DNA from: an uncultured Pelagibacteraceae bacterium
GTDB taxonomy: Bacteria > Pseudomonadota > Alphaproteobacteria > Pelagibacterales > Pelagibacteraceae
Direction: 5' to 3'
Assembly: GCA_902519455.1 (NCBI GenBank)
Contig: CABYJT010000001.1
Coordinates: forward strand, 4,028-68,027
Length of the DNA stretch: 64,000 nt
Part shown: positions 11,353-22,121 of the stretch, piece by piece
How the letters are laid out: every line of letters begins with the position of its first letter
How positions within the stretch are numbered: position 1 is the first letter of the stretch
Translations under genes and position numbers: made by a program
The notes under the pieces: generated by a model
The model's database searches: none
Seen by the model: only the letters and a program-made list of their open reading frames with translations
What the model was told of the DNA's origin: nothing

Positions 11353-12274
11353 TTATTTCTATATTCTTTTTTAATTTTTTATAAAAAATTATTGAAAAGT
11401 TATTAAGCTGATAATTTCTTTCTTCATTAATTAATTTTTTTAATTGTTCATCTAAGTTAAACTCTTGTTTAAACTCTTTTTTATTATTTAACTTAAGTAA
11501 AATATATCCATTTTGTATTTTTATAGGTCTACTAATTTTATTTAATTCCAAATTCTTAATTTCTTCATTTATTTTTTTTGATAATTGCAATTCATTAATC
11601 CACCCTATTAATCCACCTTTTTTTGAGGTATTAGAAATACTATTAATATTAGCTGAATTTTCAAAACCGACCTCATTTATATCTGTCATTATTTCATTTA
11701 ATAAATCCTCAAAAGTTTTGCCGGGACTTTCTTTAAACACAATTTCTGACAAATTATATTCATATATTTTTTTTTTATCATTATATTGATCTAATATTTC
11801 TTTCTTTAATCCTTCATTATTTATTTTAACGTTATTCATGTATTTTTTATAAATTAATTGATTCCATAAAGCTTCAATTTGAAGTTTGCTCTTTACTACC
11901 TTGTAATTTAAATTATTTTTTTTTATTATTTTTAAAAAATCAGATTTATTATTTATATTTTTATTCCTCATAATTCTCTTTTCTAATTCACCAATTACTT
12001 TTTGAGATTTATTTAAATCAAAATATTTTTTTAACTCATTTCTTTTTATAATTTCTGTGATCAAAGAATCTTTGGCTATTTTCTCAATTCTTAAATTATC
12101 CAATTCCATTAATTTTGGATTTAAAAACGTTAAATATTTTTTTTCGTTAGTAATATCTATATTTGTAATTATTTCATTATTAATTTTTACCTTGATCTCT
12201 ACAACTGAACTATTGACAATATTGTTCGTAACAATCAAAATAAATGTAACTACCAGCAACTTAATTTTAATCAT
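11342..12274 (-). CDS. surA: SurA-like periplasmic chaperone/peptidyl-prolyl isomerase
   Basis: Signal peptide, INNEIITNID, GGLIGW rotamase motif; position between lptD and pdxA. Confidence 0.8.
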   Translation of the reverse strand: MIKIKLLVVTFILIVTNNIVNSSVVEIKVKINNEIITNIDITNEKKYLTFLNPKLMELDNLRIEKIAKDSLITEIIKRNELKKYFDLNKSQKVIGELEKRIMRNKNINNKSDFLKIIKKNNLNYKVVKSKLQIEALWNQLIYKKYMNNVKINNEGLKKEILDQYNDKKKIYEYNLSEIVFKESPGKTFEDLLNEIMTDINEVGFENSANINSISNTSKKGGLIGWINELQLSKKINEEIKNLELNKISRPIKIQNGYILLKLNNKKEFKQEFNLDEQLKKLINEERNYQLNNFSIIFYKKLKKNIEINEY

Positions 12275-14691
12275 TTATTTCTCATTAGTGTATTAGCTGA
12301 GCCTCTCAACTCTGTAAATGGTATAAACCTAATTAAAAAATATAAACTTTCATCTGGTACTAAATTTCCATTTCTAAAGAATTTTTTCTGATACTGAAAT
12401 GTGGCTAATAAACAATCTGTTTCATATTCATAAGTTAAATTATAATTTTGCGTAAAATCTGCTATTAAATCTTTTGTAGTATTGAATGCTAATGAATGTT
12501 CATTGTAAAACTTTAACTTGGTCTCATTTGAAATGCTTTCACTATTACCTAACTCATGGTTTTCAGTAACATAGCTAAAATTTGTTACTAGATTATTTAC
12601 CCCAATTTCAGTTGAAATCTCGTCATAATTTGAAAAATCTAAATCTCTATCATATGAAAAATTATAGTTAATTTGAAAATATTCGTTAGGTTCATAAAAA
12701 AAGTTTCCAACAATATCAGATCTTGTTTGATCTAGTTTTGCAGATGATGGCATTGAGTTATTTTTTTTATCTTTTATTACATTTCCAAGACTAAAACCCA
12801 AAACTTTCTCGTTAAAAAAATTTTGCTTTTCATAATCTATTCCAACAGTTAAAGATCTTCCTTCTTCGGCCATATCTCCTCTTCCTATTCTATTAGGTGA
12901 AAAAATATTACCATAACTTAATCTTGTGGAGTCTGAAGATATATCATTACCGTTTGTAGGGGTAAATTTGAATTGAATTTTAGGCTTTAAATAATTTGTA
13001 ATATTATTACTAACGTTTTTTTTAAGTGGTAATTCTGAATTAATTAATAATGAAGTAAATATCTCATGATCACTGTTTTCATCAAAAGTAGATGAATTTT
13101 CTGAATAAGTATTAAAATTTTTTAATTTAAGATTATATTTTGTTAGAATACCTCCATCTGAGAAGTAACTATAAGATGAAAAATTAAAATCGTTATTTAA
13201 CTGCGCTTCATAGATGTTGGTATCATAGTTTTTTTGATATCCGCTTGATGTAAAACTAAATTGTCCATTGTAACTTTCGTCTAATTCAATATTTTTGTTA
13301 AAATTAAAGTCAGGAAATATATATTGATATTTGTCATGATCGTTTGAAACATTCAAACTTTCATACATTCTTACTGATGTTTCAAATTGGGTATTACTAT
13401 CAATTTCTTTGTCAATTTTAAAAAAAGATGTTAAAGTACTTGAATTAAATCTTGCTGTTAGCGCATTAGTTTCTGTTATCCCACTAAAATCATGTATTGC
13501 TAAATAGTTATCATTTGTAACATTTTGAAACTCTAATGAGTACAACGTATTTTCATTAAGATTTCCATCTGCATTTATAAAAAAATGAGTATTTGTATTT
13601 CCTTCATCTTGGTTAAAACTAAAATCTGCGATGAGATTAGAATTTTTAAAACTTTCTCTATATTCAGATTGCAAAATAAAATCACCATCTGAATAAATTC
13701 TTGGATTAAAAGTCATGTCTTTGGCATCTGATATAGCAAGAAAATATGGAACATTGATTGCTCTTCCTAAATTATCTGAGCTTGAATAAACGGGGGTTAA
13801 AAAACCAGATTTTCTTTTTACTGTTGGATCAGGATGACTAAAATATGGAAAAAAAAACACTCTTTGATCAAAAACTTTTAACCATGAATTTTTGTACTGA
13901 AATAACCTGTTTATTTTATCATGAATAAATTGATCACTTTGTAATTCCCAACCTCTACATTTTTTATTTTCTATGTTACACGTGCTAAATACTGCTTTAT
14001 GAATTATAGTTTTTTCATCATTTGATATGGTAGATTTTCCTTTCAAAAGTGGGTCATTATTTTCATTTCCAAAAAAGTCATCTACAAATTCAACCTTCAC
14101 CTCTTTACCAGCTAATGTTCTAGTTTTAATATTTACTTTTGCATTTTCAAATAAATAACTGTTATTTTTATTATCTATAATATTTGTTCTTTTTGACGAT
14201 ATTACTTCCCTATTAGTATCGAAGATAAAACCATCTACAAAATTATAAATATTATTTATATCATCATATACCTTGGTATCTGATTGACTTAAAATTTCCA
14301 TTGAGTTTCTATCGTACAAAACATCCTTAGAAAAAACTTCATATTTATTTTTAACTTTAACAAATGTTTTTCCGTTAGTTAGTATTGTATTATCAATTTC
14401 ATTGTAAATTGCTTTTTCGCTTTCAATATAAACATCATTAAAATTATCAAAAAATTTTACGTTACCAATTACAACTAATTCTGAAATTGATTTATTGTAT
14501 TTAGATTTATCACCTTCAACTGTAATTTGTTGATTTGGGATTTTTGCAATTCCTTTCAAAGAATAGATCATATTACCCTCTTCCTCAATCTGTATATTTT
14601 TTGAATCAAAAAAAATAGTATCTGCCTTAATCTCTAAATTAAGACAAAAAATAAATATTAATATTATTAATCCAGTAATTTTAATTTTCAT
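12271..14691 (-). CDS. lptD: LPS assembly outer-membrane protein
   Basis: OstA-like N-terminus, FSTC, PYFSHPDPTVKRKSGFL, YETDC. Confidence 0.92.
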   Translation of the reverse strand: MKIKITGLIILIFIFCLNLEIKADTIFFDSKNIQIEEEGNMIYSLKGIAKIPNQQITVEGDKSKYNKSISELVVIGNVKFFDNFNDVYIESEKAIYNEIDNTILTNGKTFVKVKNKYEVFSKDVLYDRNSMEILSQSDTKVYDDINNIYNFVDGFIFDTNREVISSKRTNIIDNKNNSYLFENAKVNIKTRTLAGKEVKVEFVDDFFGNENNDPLLKGKSTISNDEKTIIHKAVFSTCNIENKKCRGWELQSDQFIHDKINRLFQYKNSWLKVFDQRVFFFPYFSHPDPTVKRKSGFLTPVYSSSDNLGRAINVPYFLAISDAKDMTFNPRIYSDGDFILQSEYRESFKNSNLIADFSFNQDEGNTNTHFFINADGNLNENTLYSLEFQNVTNDNYLAIHDFSGITETNALTARFNSSTLTSFFKIDKEIDSNTQFETSVRMYESLNVSNDHDKYQYIFPDFNFNKNIELDESYNGQFSFTSSGYQKNYDTNIYEAQLNNDFNFSSYSYFSDGGILTKYNLKLKNFNTYSENSSTFDENSDHEIFTSLLINSELPLKKNVSNNITNYLKPKIQFKFTPTNGNDISSDSTRLSYGNIFSPNRIGRGDMAEEGRSLTVGIDYEKQNFFNEKVLGFSLGNVIKDKKNNSMPSSAKLDQTRSDIVGNFFYEPNEYFQINYNFSYDRDLDFSNYDEISTEIGVNNLVTNFSYVTENHELGNSESISNETKLKFYNEHSLAFNTTKDLIADFTQNYNLTYEYETDCLLATFQYQKKFFRNGNLVPDESLYFLIRFIPFTELRGSANTLMRNK

Positions 14692-15769
14692 TTAATTTAG
14701 TTAATCCTAACCCACATATAAGAAATATAAGAACTTGAGGCAACCAAATAGATACCAAAACTGGGAATGTTTCATTTTTACCAAATAAAATTGAAAAGTA
14801 ATTCATGTAATAAAAAATTACAGATACTGCAACTCCAATAACAACTAAAAAAAATTTAGATTTTATAAAATTGAGTTTAAACATAAGTAGGGCTCCAATA
14901 ATTGTTGTTAATGTAAGATAGAATGGCATACTATAAATTTTATTTAAATGTAATTTAACCTCAGTTGCAGAGTACCCAATAGCCTCATAATTTTCTTCAA
15001 GTTGTATTAATTGAAAGATATTTAAAGAGTTTAAATTAGAGTATAAATTAGAAATTATTTTACCATTAAAGGATGAGAAATAATTATAATTTGGTGCATT
15101 TCTAGTCTCTTTATTTTCAGAATATATTTTTACATTTGATAACTTCCATTCATTTAATTTTATATCTGCCTTTTTTGCCATTATTGTATTTAAAAGTTTA
15201 TAATTTTTATCTAATTCTGTTATTTTAATATTTTCTAATGTGTCTTTTTTATAATTTGTGGCATTTATGATGTATAATTTAGATCCATCTCTACTATTTT
15301 CTTTTATCCACAAACCATCTTCGTTAACAACAGCTAAATGATCCCCAGTATTTGAATATTGATATTTAATATTTAGGTATAAACTTTTTAAATTCGCTGA
15401 GAAAGAATAATAAACAATGATAATTACTATTCCTAAAAATAAAGATACAATTGAAATTATAAAAGTTATTTTAAAATTATTTATTCCATGACTTCTTAGA
15501 AGCTCTACTTCGTTTTTTTCAAATAAATTAATAAAAAAAAACATTACTCCCAGCAAGAATATGAAGGGAAGTATTTCAAAAACAATTGATGGTATATTTA
15601 GAATCGTAAGGACAATTGGGTAATAAAGACTGTTATCTTTATTTTCAAAATACTTTATTTCTTCAAAAATGTTTAAAAAAAAACTTAAAAAAATAAAAAC
15701 AATTATTATTGTCAAAATATTTTTTAAAAAAAGTTTTGTTAAATATCTTTCATAGTTCTTAAATATCAT
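14681..15769 (-). CDS. lptG: LPS export permease LptG
   Basis: LptF/G topology (3 TM, jellyroll, 3 TM), NEVELLRSHGI, GLWIKE; second gene of the pair. Confidence 0.8.
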   Translation of the reverse strand: MIFKNYERYLTKLFLKNILTIIIVFIFLSFFLNIFEEIKYFENKDNSLYYPIVLTILNIPSIVFEILPFIFLLGVMFFFINLFEKNEVELLRSHGINNFKITFIISIVSLFLGIVIIIVYYSFSANLKSLYLNIKYQYSNTGDHLAVVNEDGLWIKENSRDGSKLYIINATNYKKDTLENIKITELDKNYKLLNTIMAKKADIKLNEWKLSNVKIYSENKETRNAPNYNYFSSFNGKIISNLYSNLNSLNIFQLIQLEENYEAIGYSATEVKLHLNKIYSMPFYLTLTTIIGALLMFKLNFIKSKFFLVVIGVAVSVIFYYMNYFSILFGKNETFPVLVSIWLPQVLIFLICGLGLTKLNEN

Positions 15770-16914
15770 AGCAAATTTAACTTAAACCTCGTAATAAATA
15801 GCAGGGTTAAATAAAAAATTATAACTAGTATTAAAGGTAAAGCTATAATGAAAATCGTTATACTTAAAGATGTTAATATAAATTTTAAACTAATTTGGGA
15901 TAAAATTATTACAAAACTTCCAGTTAAAAAAATGTTAAGTTTATGAAATTTTCCAAAGTATTTAGTTTTGGGTTCTATTATTAAACTTGCTCCAATTAGA
16001 GAAATAACAAGAGTATAAAAAGGTAATATAAACCTTTTATAAAGTTCTTCACTTATATTTATAAGTGGTCTTGATTGACATTTTTTATTTTTAATTTTTG
16101 ATATCATTTTACTTTCTTCTAAAGTTATATTTAAAATAATTTTTAATAAACAATCGTAAAGTATTTTCGAATCTAATTCTTGAATTTTTGAGTCAGTTAT
16201 TGACTTAGTAGAAAAGTTTGATAAATCATAATCAGTTTCTGAAAAGTTTATAGTATATATATTATTTTTATTTATGTTCGTTATACCTCCATCATATAAC
16301 TTTAAAAAATACTGATTTTCACTTTGAATAAGCTTGCCACTTTTCGAAATAATTATCTTTGAAATCTCATTATCTATTTTCTCATTTATATAGATTTTAT
16401 TAAGGTCTCCATTTTTTTCATACTCTTCAACAAATATTGTGAGATTTTTTACAACACTTATAAATTTTTTTTCAGAAATTAATTTCGGTAAGAAATCAAT
16501 GTTGGAACCCTTTATATATTCTCTCCCAAGATTTTGAGATTTTGGAACAATGAATAAGTTTAAAAATAATTGTAAGATTAAAAACAATAAAGAAAATGCA
16601 AGGATATGATTGATAAAATGAATTTTTTTAATTCCATTATTCCAAAAAACAATTAATTCATTCGAATTTACATATTTATTAATTACATAAAAAATTGAAA
16701 TGAAAAAAACAAAAACAATAGTTTTGCTAAATATTTTTGGTAAATTGAGTGAAATATAATAAAAATAGATATTTAAACTGTGTCCATCGTCAGAGACAAG
16801 GTCTAAAAAGTTAACTGCCTGTATAATCCAAACAATAAAAGTTATACTGAATGAAGAAATTAAAAAAAAATTAACTATATCTAAAGAAAACTTACGAAAA
16901 ATTAATTTATTCAT
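15766..16914 (-). CDS. lptF: LPS export permease LptF
   Basis: LptF/G family, SNELIVFWNNG; divergent from pepA. Confidence 0.8.
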   Translation of the reverse strand: MNKLIFRKFSLDIVNFFLISSFSITFIVWIIQAVNFLDLVSDDGHSLNIYFYYISLNLPKIFSKTIVFVFFISIFYVINKYVNSNELIVFWNNGIKKIHFINHILAFSLLFLILQLFLNLFIVPKSQNLGREYIKGSNIDFLPKLISEKKFISVVKNLTIFVEEYEKNGDLNKIYINEKIDNEISKIIISKSGKLIQSENQYFLKLYDGGITNINKNNIYTINFSETDYDLSNFSTKSITDSKIQELDSKILYDCLLKIILNITLEESKMISKIKNKKCQSRPLINISEELYKRFILPFYTLVISLIGASLIIEPKTKYFGKFHKLNIFLTGSFVIILSQISLKFILTSLSITIFIIALPLILVIIFYLTLLFITRFKLNLL

Positions 16915-16968
16915 TGAAATTATTGTTTTTATAAATATACAACATTATCTAATAAAAATTTCAAAAAA

Positions 16969-18405
16969 ATGAAACTAAATTTAAATTTTGTAAATAAAGT
17001 CCCAAAAATCGCAAAGGATAATGAGATTATTCTGCTATCTCAAAAAGTTATAAAGAATAAAGAGATTAAACAATTAACAAAATCAGTTTTCACTAATAAA
17101 GTTTTCTCTGAGCAGAATTTTCTTGCAAAAAATTACAACGAAAAAGGTTATATATTCGTAAATTGTATGAAATCAAGAGTTTCATTAGATTTTGAAAAAC
17201 TTGGATCAAAATTGTTTGTATTTTTAAAGGAAAATAAAATAGAGAATTCATTTATAAATGTAACAAATAATTCTTTTACTAACATACAGTTAGAAAAATT
17301 TCTTCATGGATCACAGCTTAAATCATATAATTTTAATCTTTATAAAACAGACAAAAAAAAAAATGTTAATATAAATTTAAATGTTGTTGGTACGCGAGTT
17401 AAACAAAAAAATTTATTAAGAAATAAATTAAATGCCCTTTTAGAAGGAGTTTTTCTTACTAGAAATTTAGTTTCTGAACCGGGTAACATTTTACATCCAG
17501 ATGAATATGCAAAGAGAATTGTTAAATTAAGAAAGTTTGGTTTAAAAGTTACAGTTTATGATCAAAAAAGATTAAAAAAATTAGGTTTCAATGCATTACT
17601 TGGCGTTGGACAGGGAAGTGTTAGAGGATCTTATATGGTAACTATAGAGTGGAAGGGAAATAAAAATAAATCAAAACCTTTAGCCTTCGTTGGAAAAGGT
17701 GTTTGCTTTGATACTGGAGGAATTTCACTTAAGCCTGCAAAATTCATGGAAGATATGACATATGACATGGCAGGTTCAGCAACCGTAGTCGGTCTTATGA
17801 AAACTCTAGCTTTAAGAAAATCAAAAATTAATGCAGTTGGAGTTGTAGGATTGGTCGAAAATATGCCAGGAGCTAATGCACAAAGACCTGGAGATATTGT
17901 AAAATCTTACAGTGGACAAACGATCGAAGTTTTAAACACTGATGCAGAGGGAAGATTGGTTTTAGCAGATGCACTTACTTACACCGAAGAGAAATTTAAA
18001 CCGAGTTTAATTATTGACTTAGCAACATTGACTGGAGCTATAATCGTTGCACTCGGATCAGAATATGCTGGATTATGGTCAAATAATAAAAAATTATCGA
18101 AACAACTTTTTGAAGCTGGAGAACAGGTAGAAGAAAAAGTATGGGAAATGCCACTTCATGAAAATTATAATAAGTTAATGAATTCAAATAATGCGGATAT
18201 GCAAAATATTAATTATGTTGGAGGAGCTGGATCAACAACTGCTGCTCAATTTTTACAAAGATTTATAGTCAATAAAACACCTTGGGCACACTTAGATATT
18301 GCTGGAATGGCTTTTTCTAAATACGCTGGAGCGTTAAATTCTGGAGGTGCAACTGGATATGGAGTTAGATTATTAAACAAATTTATAGAGGAGAATTATG
18401 AGTAA
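16969..18405 (+). CDS. pepA: Leucyl aminopeptidase (M17)
   Basis: VGKGVCFDTGG, NTDAEGRL, DLATLTGA, HLDIAG. Confidence 0.97.
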   Translation: MKLNLNFVNKVPKIAKDNEIILLSQKVIKNKEIKQLTKSVFTNKVFSEQNFLAKNYNEKGYIFVNCMKSRVSLDFEKLGSKLFVFLKENKIENSFINVTNNSFTNIQLEKFLHGSQLKSYNFNLYKTDKKKNVNINLNVVGTRVKQKNLLRNKLNALLEGVFLTRNLVSEPGNILHPDEYAKRIVKLRKFGLKVTVYDQKRLKKLGFNALLGVGQGSVRGSYMVTIEWKGNKNKSKPLAFVGKGVCFDTGGISLKPAKFMEDMTYDMAGSATVVGLMKTLALRKSKINAVGVVGLVENMPGANAQRPGDIVKSYSGQTIEVLNTDAEGRLVLADALTYTEEKFKPSLIIDLATLTGAIIVALGSEYAGLWSNNKKLSKQLFEAGEQVEEKVWEMPLHENYNKLMNSNNADMQNINYVGGAGSTTAAQFLQRFIVNKTPWAHLDIAGMAFSKYAGALNSGGATGYGVRLLNKFIEENYE

Positions 18406-18808
18406 TATTGAGCAAACATTATCTATAATTAAACCAGATGCTGTAGAAAGAAATTTGCAAGATCAGATTAAAAATGAATTTAAAAATAAAGGATTTGAAA
18501 TTATAAAAGAAAAAAAAATTCATATTTCTAAAGATGAGGCTGAAAAGTTTTATAAAGTTCACGAGTCAAAACCATTTTATAACGATTTATGTGCTTATTT
18601 ATCTTCTGGACCAATAGTTGTAATGAATCTTCAAAGAGAAAATGCAGTTTTAGAAAATAGAAAATTGATGGGTGCAACAAACCCTGAAGATGCAGAAGAG
18701 GGAACTATAAGAAAAAAATATGGTATTTCAATTGATAAAAATTCTGTTCATGGATCAGATAGTGCAGAAAATGCCAAGGTAGAGTTAAATTTTTTTTTTA
18801 AAGATTAG
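18398..18808 (+). CDS. ndk: Nucleoside diphosphate kinase
   Basis: IIKPDAV and NSVHGSDS. Confidence 0.97.
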   Translation: MSNIEQTLSIIKPDAVERNLQDQIKNEFKNKGFEIIKEKKIHISKDEAEKFYKVHESKPFYNDLCAYLSSGPIVVMNLQRENAVLENRKLMGATNPEDAEEGTIRKKYGISIDKNSVHGSDSAENAKVELNFFFKD

Positions 18809-19376
18809 TTAAAAATTTATCAATAGCTTTTGAATATATTTCATGTTCAATTTTTAGTACTTTCTTTTCCAAACTTTTTATATTGTCTGATTTAAGAATT
18901 TTTACTTTTTTTTGTAAAATAACTTTTCCTGAGTCTAACTTTTCTGTTACTTTGTGAATTGAAGCTCCTGCAAATTTATCTTTATTTTTGATTGCTCTTT
19001 TATGTGTATTCAACCCTTTGTACTTCGGTAAAAGTGATGGGTGAATGTTTAATATTGGTTTAGAAAATTTTTTTATAAAATTACCTGACAATATTTTCAT
19101 AAATCCAGCTAAACAAAGTATATCTATATTATATTTTTTTAGTAATTTAAGTGAGCTATTTTCAAAATTTGATTTTTTTGTAAATTTAATTCCATAATTT
19201 TTTATTTTTGATCTAGATGCATATTTTAATCCTTCAGCATCTAGATTATTTGAAATGACTAATATAATTTTGATTAAAGAATTTTTTTTTTTTGAGTGTT
19301 TTATTAAAGATTTTAAGTTACTACCTCTACCACTAATAAAGACAGCTATATTTTTTTTACCAGGATATTTTTCCAC
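18798..19376 (-). CDS. purN: Phosphoribosylglycinamide formyltransferase
   Basis: SGRGSN, LAGFM, NIHPSLLP, LDSG. Confidence 0.96.
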   Translation of the reverse strand: MEKYPGKKNIAVFISGRGSNLKSLIKHSKKKNSLIKIILVISNNLDAEGLKYASRSKIKNYGIKFTKKSNFENSSLKLLKKYNIDILCLAGFMKILSGNFIKKFSKPILNIHPSLLPKYKGLNTHKRAIKNKDKFAGASIHKVTEKLDSGKVILQKKVKILKSDNIKSLEKKVLKIEHEIYSKAIDKFLTNL

Positions 19377-20379
19377 TTAATTTTACTTTTTTTGAATTTT
19401 TAATTATTTTTCCAATAACGTAAGGTTTAAATTTTTTTTCAAAATATTTTCTAACTAAATTAAGTTTTTTAGGATTTAAAACCAAACAAAAACCAACACC
19501 ACAATTAAATGTTTTTAGCATTTCTTTATCACTTATACCCATCTTATGTAACCATGAAAAAATTTTTAATGTTTTGACTTTATTTAAATTTATCTCTGCG
19601 GACAAATGTTTTGGTATTATTCTTTGAATATTGTCAACTAAACCCCCACCAGTAATATTTGCACATCCATTAATAAAATTTTTTTCATTGATATGTGACA
19701 ATTCTTTAACGTAAATTTTAGTTGGTCTAATTAATTCTGACTTTAGAAATTTGTTAACTTTAAAATTTATTTTTTTTTTCTTTAATAGGTATCTTACTAA
19801 GGAAAAACCATTAGAGTGAAGTCCATTAGAAGGTATAGCTAAAATAAGATCATTATTTTTAATTTTTTTATTAAGTATTTTTTTTTTTTCAACAAGACCA
19901 ACAGCAAAACCCGCTATATCAAATTTCCCTTTTGTATATGTTCCTGGCATCTCAGCAGTTTCGCCACCAACTAATTTGCAACCAGCTATATCACATCCCT
20001 TTGCAATTCCTTTAACTAGATGTTTTAATTTACTCAAATTAATTTTACTAATCGAAATATAGTCCAAGAATAAGTATGGTTTTGCTCCTTGAACAACTAA
20101 ATCATTTACACACATTGCAACAAGATCTATTCCTATTGTATCAAACTTGTTCAGATCATTTGCAATCTCAATTTTTGTTCCAACTCCATCTGTGCTAGTA
20201 ACAATGTGAGGGTCTTTTAGATGTCTGGGTATTGGCGAGATTGCTCCAAAGCCTCCTATATTCTTAAAATCACCACTTTTACTTGATTTTCTTGCTAGCG
20301 AACTTATGAACTTAACAAAACTATCTGCTTTTGGAATATTAACTCCACTCTTACTGTATGTTAATTTATTTGATGCCAT
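19357..20379 (-). CDS. purM: AIR synthetase (FGAM cyclo-ligase)
   Basis: TDGVGTK, AMCVND, GGETAEMPG, HSNGFSL. Confidence 0.97.
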   Translation of the reverse strand: MASNKLTYSKSGVNIPKADSFVKFISSLARKSSKSGDFKNIGGFGAISPIPRHLKDPHIVTSTDGVGTKIEIANDLNKFDTIGIDLVAMCVNDLVVQGAKPYLFLDYISISKINLSKLKHLVKGIAKGCDIAGCKLVGGETAEMPGTYTKGKFDIAGFAVGLVEKKKILNKKIKNNDLILAIPSNGLHSNGFSLVRYLLKKKKINFKVNKFLKSELIRPTKIYVKELSHINEKNFINGCANITGGGLVDNIQRIIPKHLSAEINLNKVKTLKIFSWLHKMGISDKEMLKTFNCGVGFCLVLNPKKLNLVRKYFEKKFKPYVIGKIIKNSKKVKLSGKISW

Positions 20380-20390
20380 ATAACAAAGTT

Positions 20391-21467
20391 ATGTATTTTT
20401 TTAAAAAAAATATATCAAATTGTTTATATATATTTTTCATATTTTTAACCTTTAATTTTATAGAGTTTTCCACAAAGGAGGTATTTGCTAAAACTTTTGT
20501 TGTTTCAAAAATTGAAGTTGAGGAAAAATACAATCTTAATTTTAATAAACTTAAAGTTATTGACAGAGGCTTTAAAAAAGCATTTGAAGATATCTCTCAA
20601 ATGATACTTGAGAGAAAAGATCTTGATAAAATTAAAAACACACCAATAAATGATATTAAAAAAATAGTCGAAAACTTTTCAATATTGGATGAAAAATTTA
20701 TAAATCAAAAATATAAAAGTATTATGGAAGTAGAATTTAATAGAAAAAAGTTAATTAAATTTTTAGATTCTAAAAATATAACTATTTCATTACCAAAAAA
20801 AATAGATGTTGTTTTAATACCTGTTCTAGTTGATTTAGAAACAAATAATTTGAACTACTTAAGTGAAAATATTTTTGCAAAGAATTGGAAAAGTGTCAAA
20901 AAAAATTATTTTCAAATTACTTATTTTATGCCAAACGAGGATGTAGAAGATTATCTAGTTATAAAAAAAAACTTACTTGATATTGAAAATTACAATTTCA
21001 AAAAAATATTGAAAAAATATAATTCTCAAAATTTTATAATAATGATAATTTTTAAAAGAAAAAATAATATTAAATTTTATTCAAAAATTAATTTTGATGA
21101 TAAGTTTGAAATATTAAGTAAAAATTTTAAAGATAAAAATATAAATAATCAAACAGACTTAAATTCAATGATACTTAATATAAAAAACGAATATGAAGAT
21201 AATTGGAAGTCTATTAATAAAATGAGTCCATCTACATCTGTTCCAATCCGATTATCTGTAGAGTCAAATAATACAGAAAAATCTTTAAAATTAGAAAATG
21301 CTTTGGTTAATTTAGATTTTGTAAATAGCTATAATATTGAAAAGTTTGATAGTAAAATAATCATATATAAAGTTAATTACAGCAGTAGTCCAAAAAGATT
21401 TTTAAAAGATATTTTATCTTACGATATTAGTATTGACACATCCTCAAGCAACTGGAAAATAAAATGA
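20391..21467 (+). CDS. Exported hypothetical protein, DUF2066-like by position
   Basis: N-terminal hydrophobic segment; conserved alphaproteobacterial position between purM and hdaA. ATG 20391 chosen because the longer start overlaps purM. Confidence 0.55.
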   Translation: MYFFKKNISNCLYIFFIFLTFNFIEFSTKEVFAKTFVVSKIEVEEKYNLNFNKLKVIDRGFKKAFEDISQMILERKDLDKIKNTPINDIKKIVENFSILDEKFINQKYKSIMEVEFNRKKLIKFLDSKNITISLPKKIDVVLIPVLVDLETNNLNYLSENIFAKNWKSVKKNYFQITYFMPNEDVEDYLVIKKNLLDIENYNFKKILKKYNSQNFIIMIIFKRKNNIKFYSKINFDDKFEILSKNFKDKNINNQTDLNSMILNIKNEYEDNWKSINKMSPSTSVPIRLSVESNNTEKSLKLENALVNLDFVNSYNIEKFDSKIIIYKVNYSSSPKRFLKDILSYDISIDTSSSNWKIK

Positions 21468-22120
21468 GTGAATTAAATCAATTACTTCTAGACTTTGATT
21501 ATAAAACTAATTTTAATGAACATGATTTTTATTTATCAAAAAGTAATTCTAACGCATTTAATTTGATAAATAGATGGCCTGACTGGGATAAAAAAATATT
21601 AAATATTTCGGGTGAAAAATTCTCTGGAAAAAGTCATCTAGCAAATATTTTTAAATTACAATCTAAAGCATTTTTAATTAAGGGAAATGAGATTGATAAC
21701 TCAATTTTTAAAAGTATTAAATTACATGAAAGTATAATTATTGATGATTTTGAAGATTGTAACAAGGAAGAAATACTATATTCAATTTTTAATCTAATAG
21801 ATCAAGATAGTAAGTATTTGTTGATAAATTCATTAAAACCAATAAATGAAATTAAATACAAACTGCCTGATTTAACCTCAAGATCAAAAAATTGCCTTTA
21901 CGCTGTAATTGAAAATCCAGATGATGAATTACTTTTTGCTATAATTTTAAAGAATTTTTCTGATCGCCAGATTAAAATTGAAAAAAAAATAATAAATTTC
22001 ATAATTAGTAGAATTGATAGATCTTATAGAAAAATTGATGAATTCATATATAAGATTGACGAATTAAGTTTAAAAAAAAAAAAACCAATTAATTTAAAAA
22101 CCATAAAAGAGATTTTGTAA
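21464..22120 (+). CDS. hdaA: DnaA regulatory inactivator HdaA
   Basis: N-terminal beta-clamp motif QLLLDF, Walker A GEKFSGKSHL, LPDLTSR. Confidence 0.8.
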   Translation: MSELNQLLLDFDYKTNFNEHDFYLSKSNSNAFNLINRWPDWDKKILNISGEKFSGKSHLANIFKLQSKAFLIKGNEIDNSIFKSIKLHESIIIDDFEDCNKEEILYSIFNLIDQDSKYLLINSLKPINEIKYKLPDLTSRSKNCLYAVIENPDDELLFAIILKNFSDRQIKIEKKIINFIISRIDRSYRKIDEFIYKIDELSLKKKKPINLKTIKEIL

Positions 22121-22121
22121 A

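Noticed and set aside
20466-20474. Perfect DnaA box TTTTCCACA upstream of hdaA
   Set aside because: Single 9-mer inside coding sequence; such matches are expected by chance in 64 kb of AT-rich DNA. No cluster suggesting an origin.
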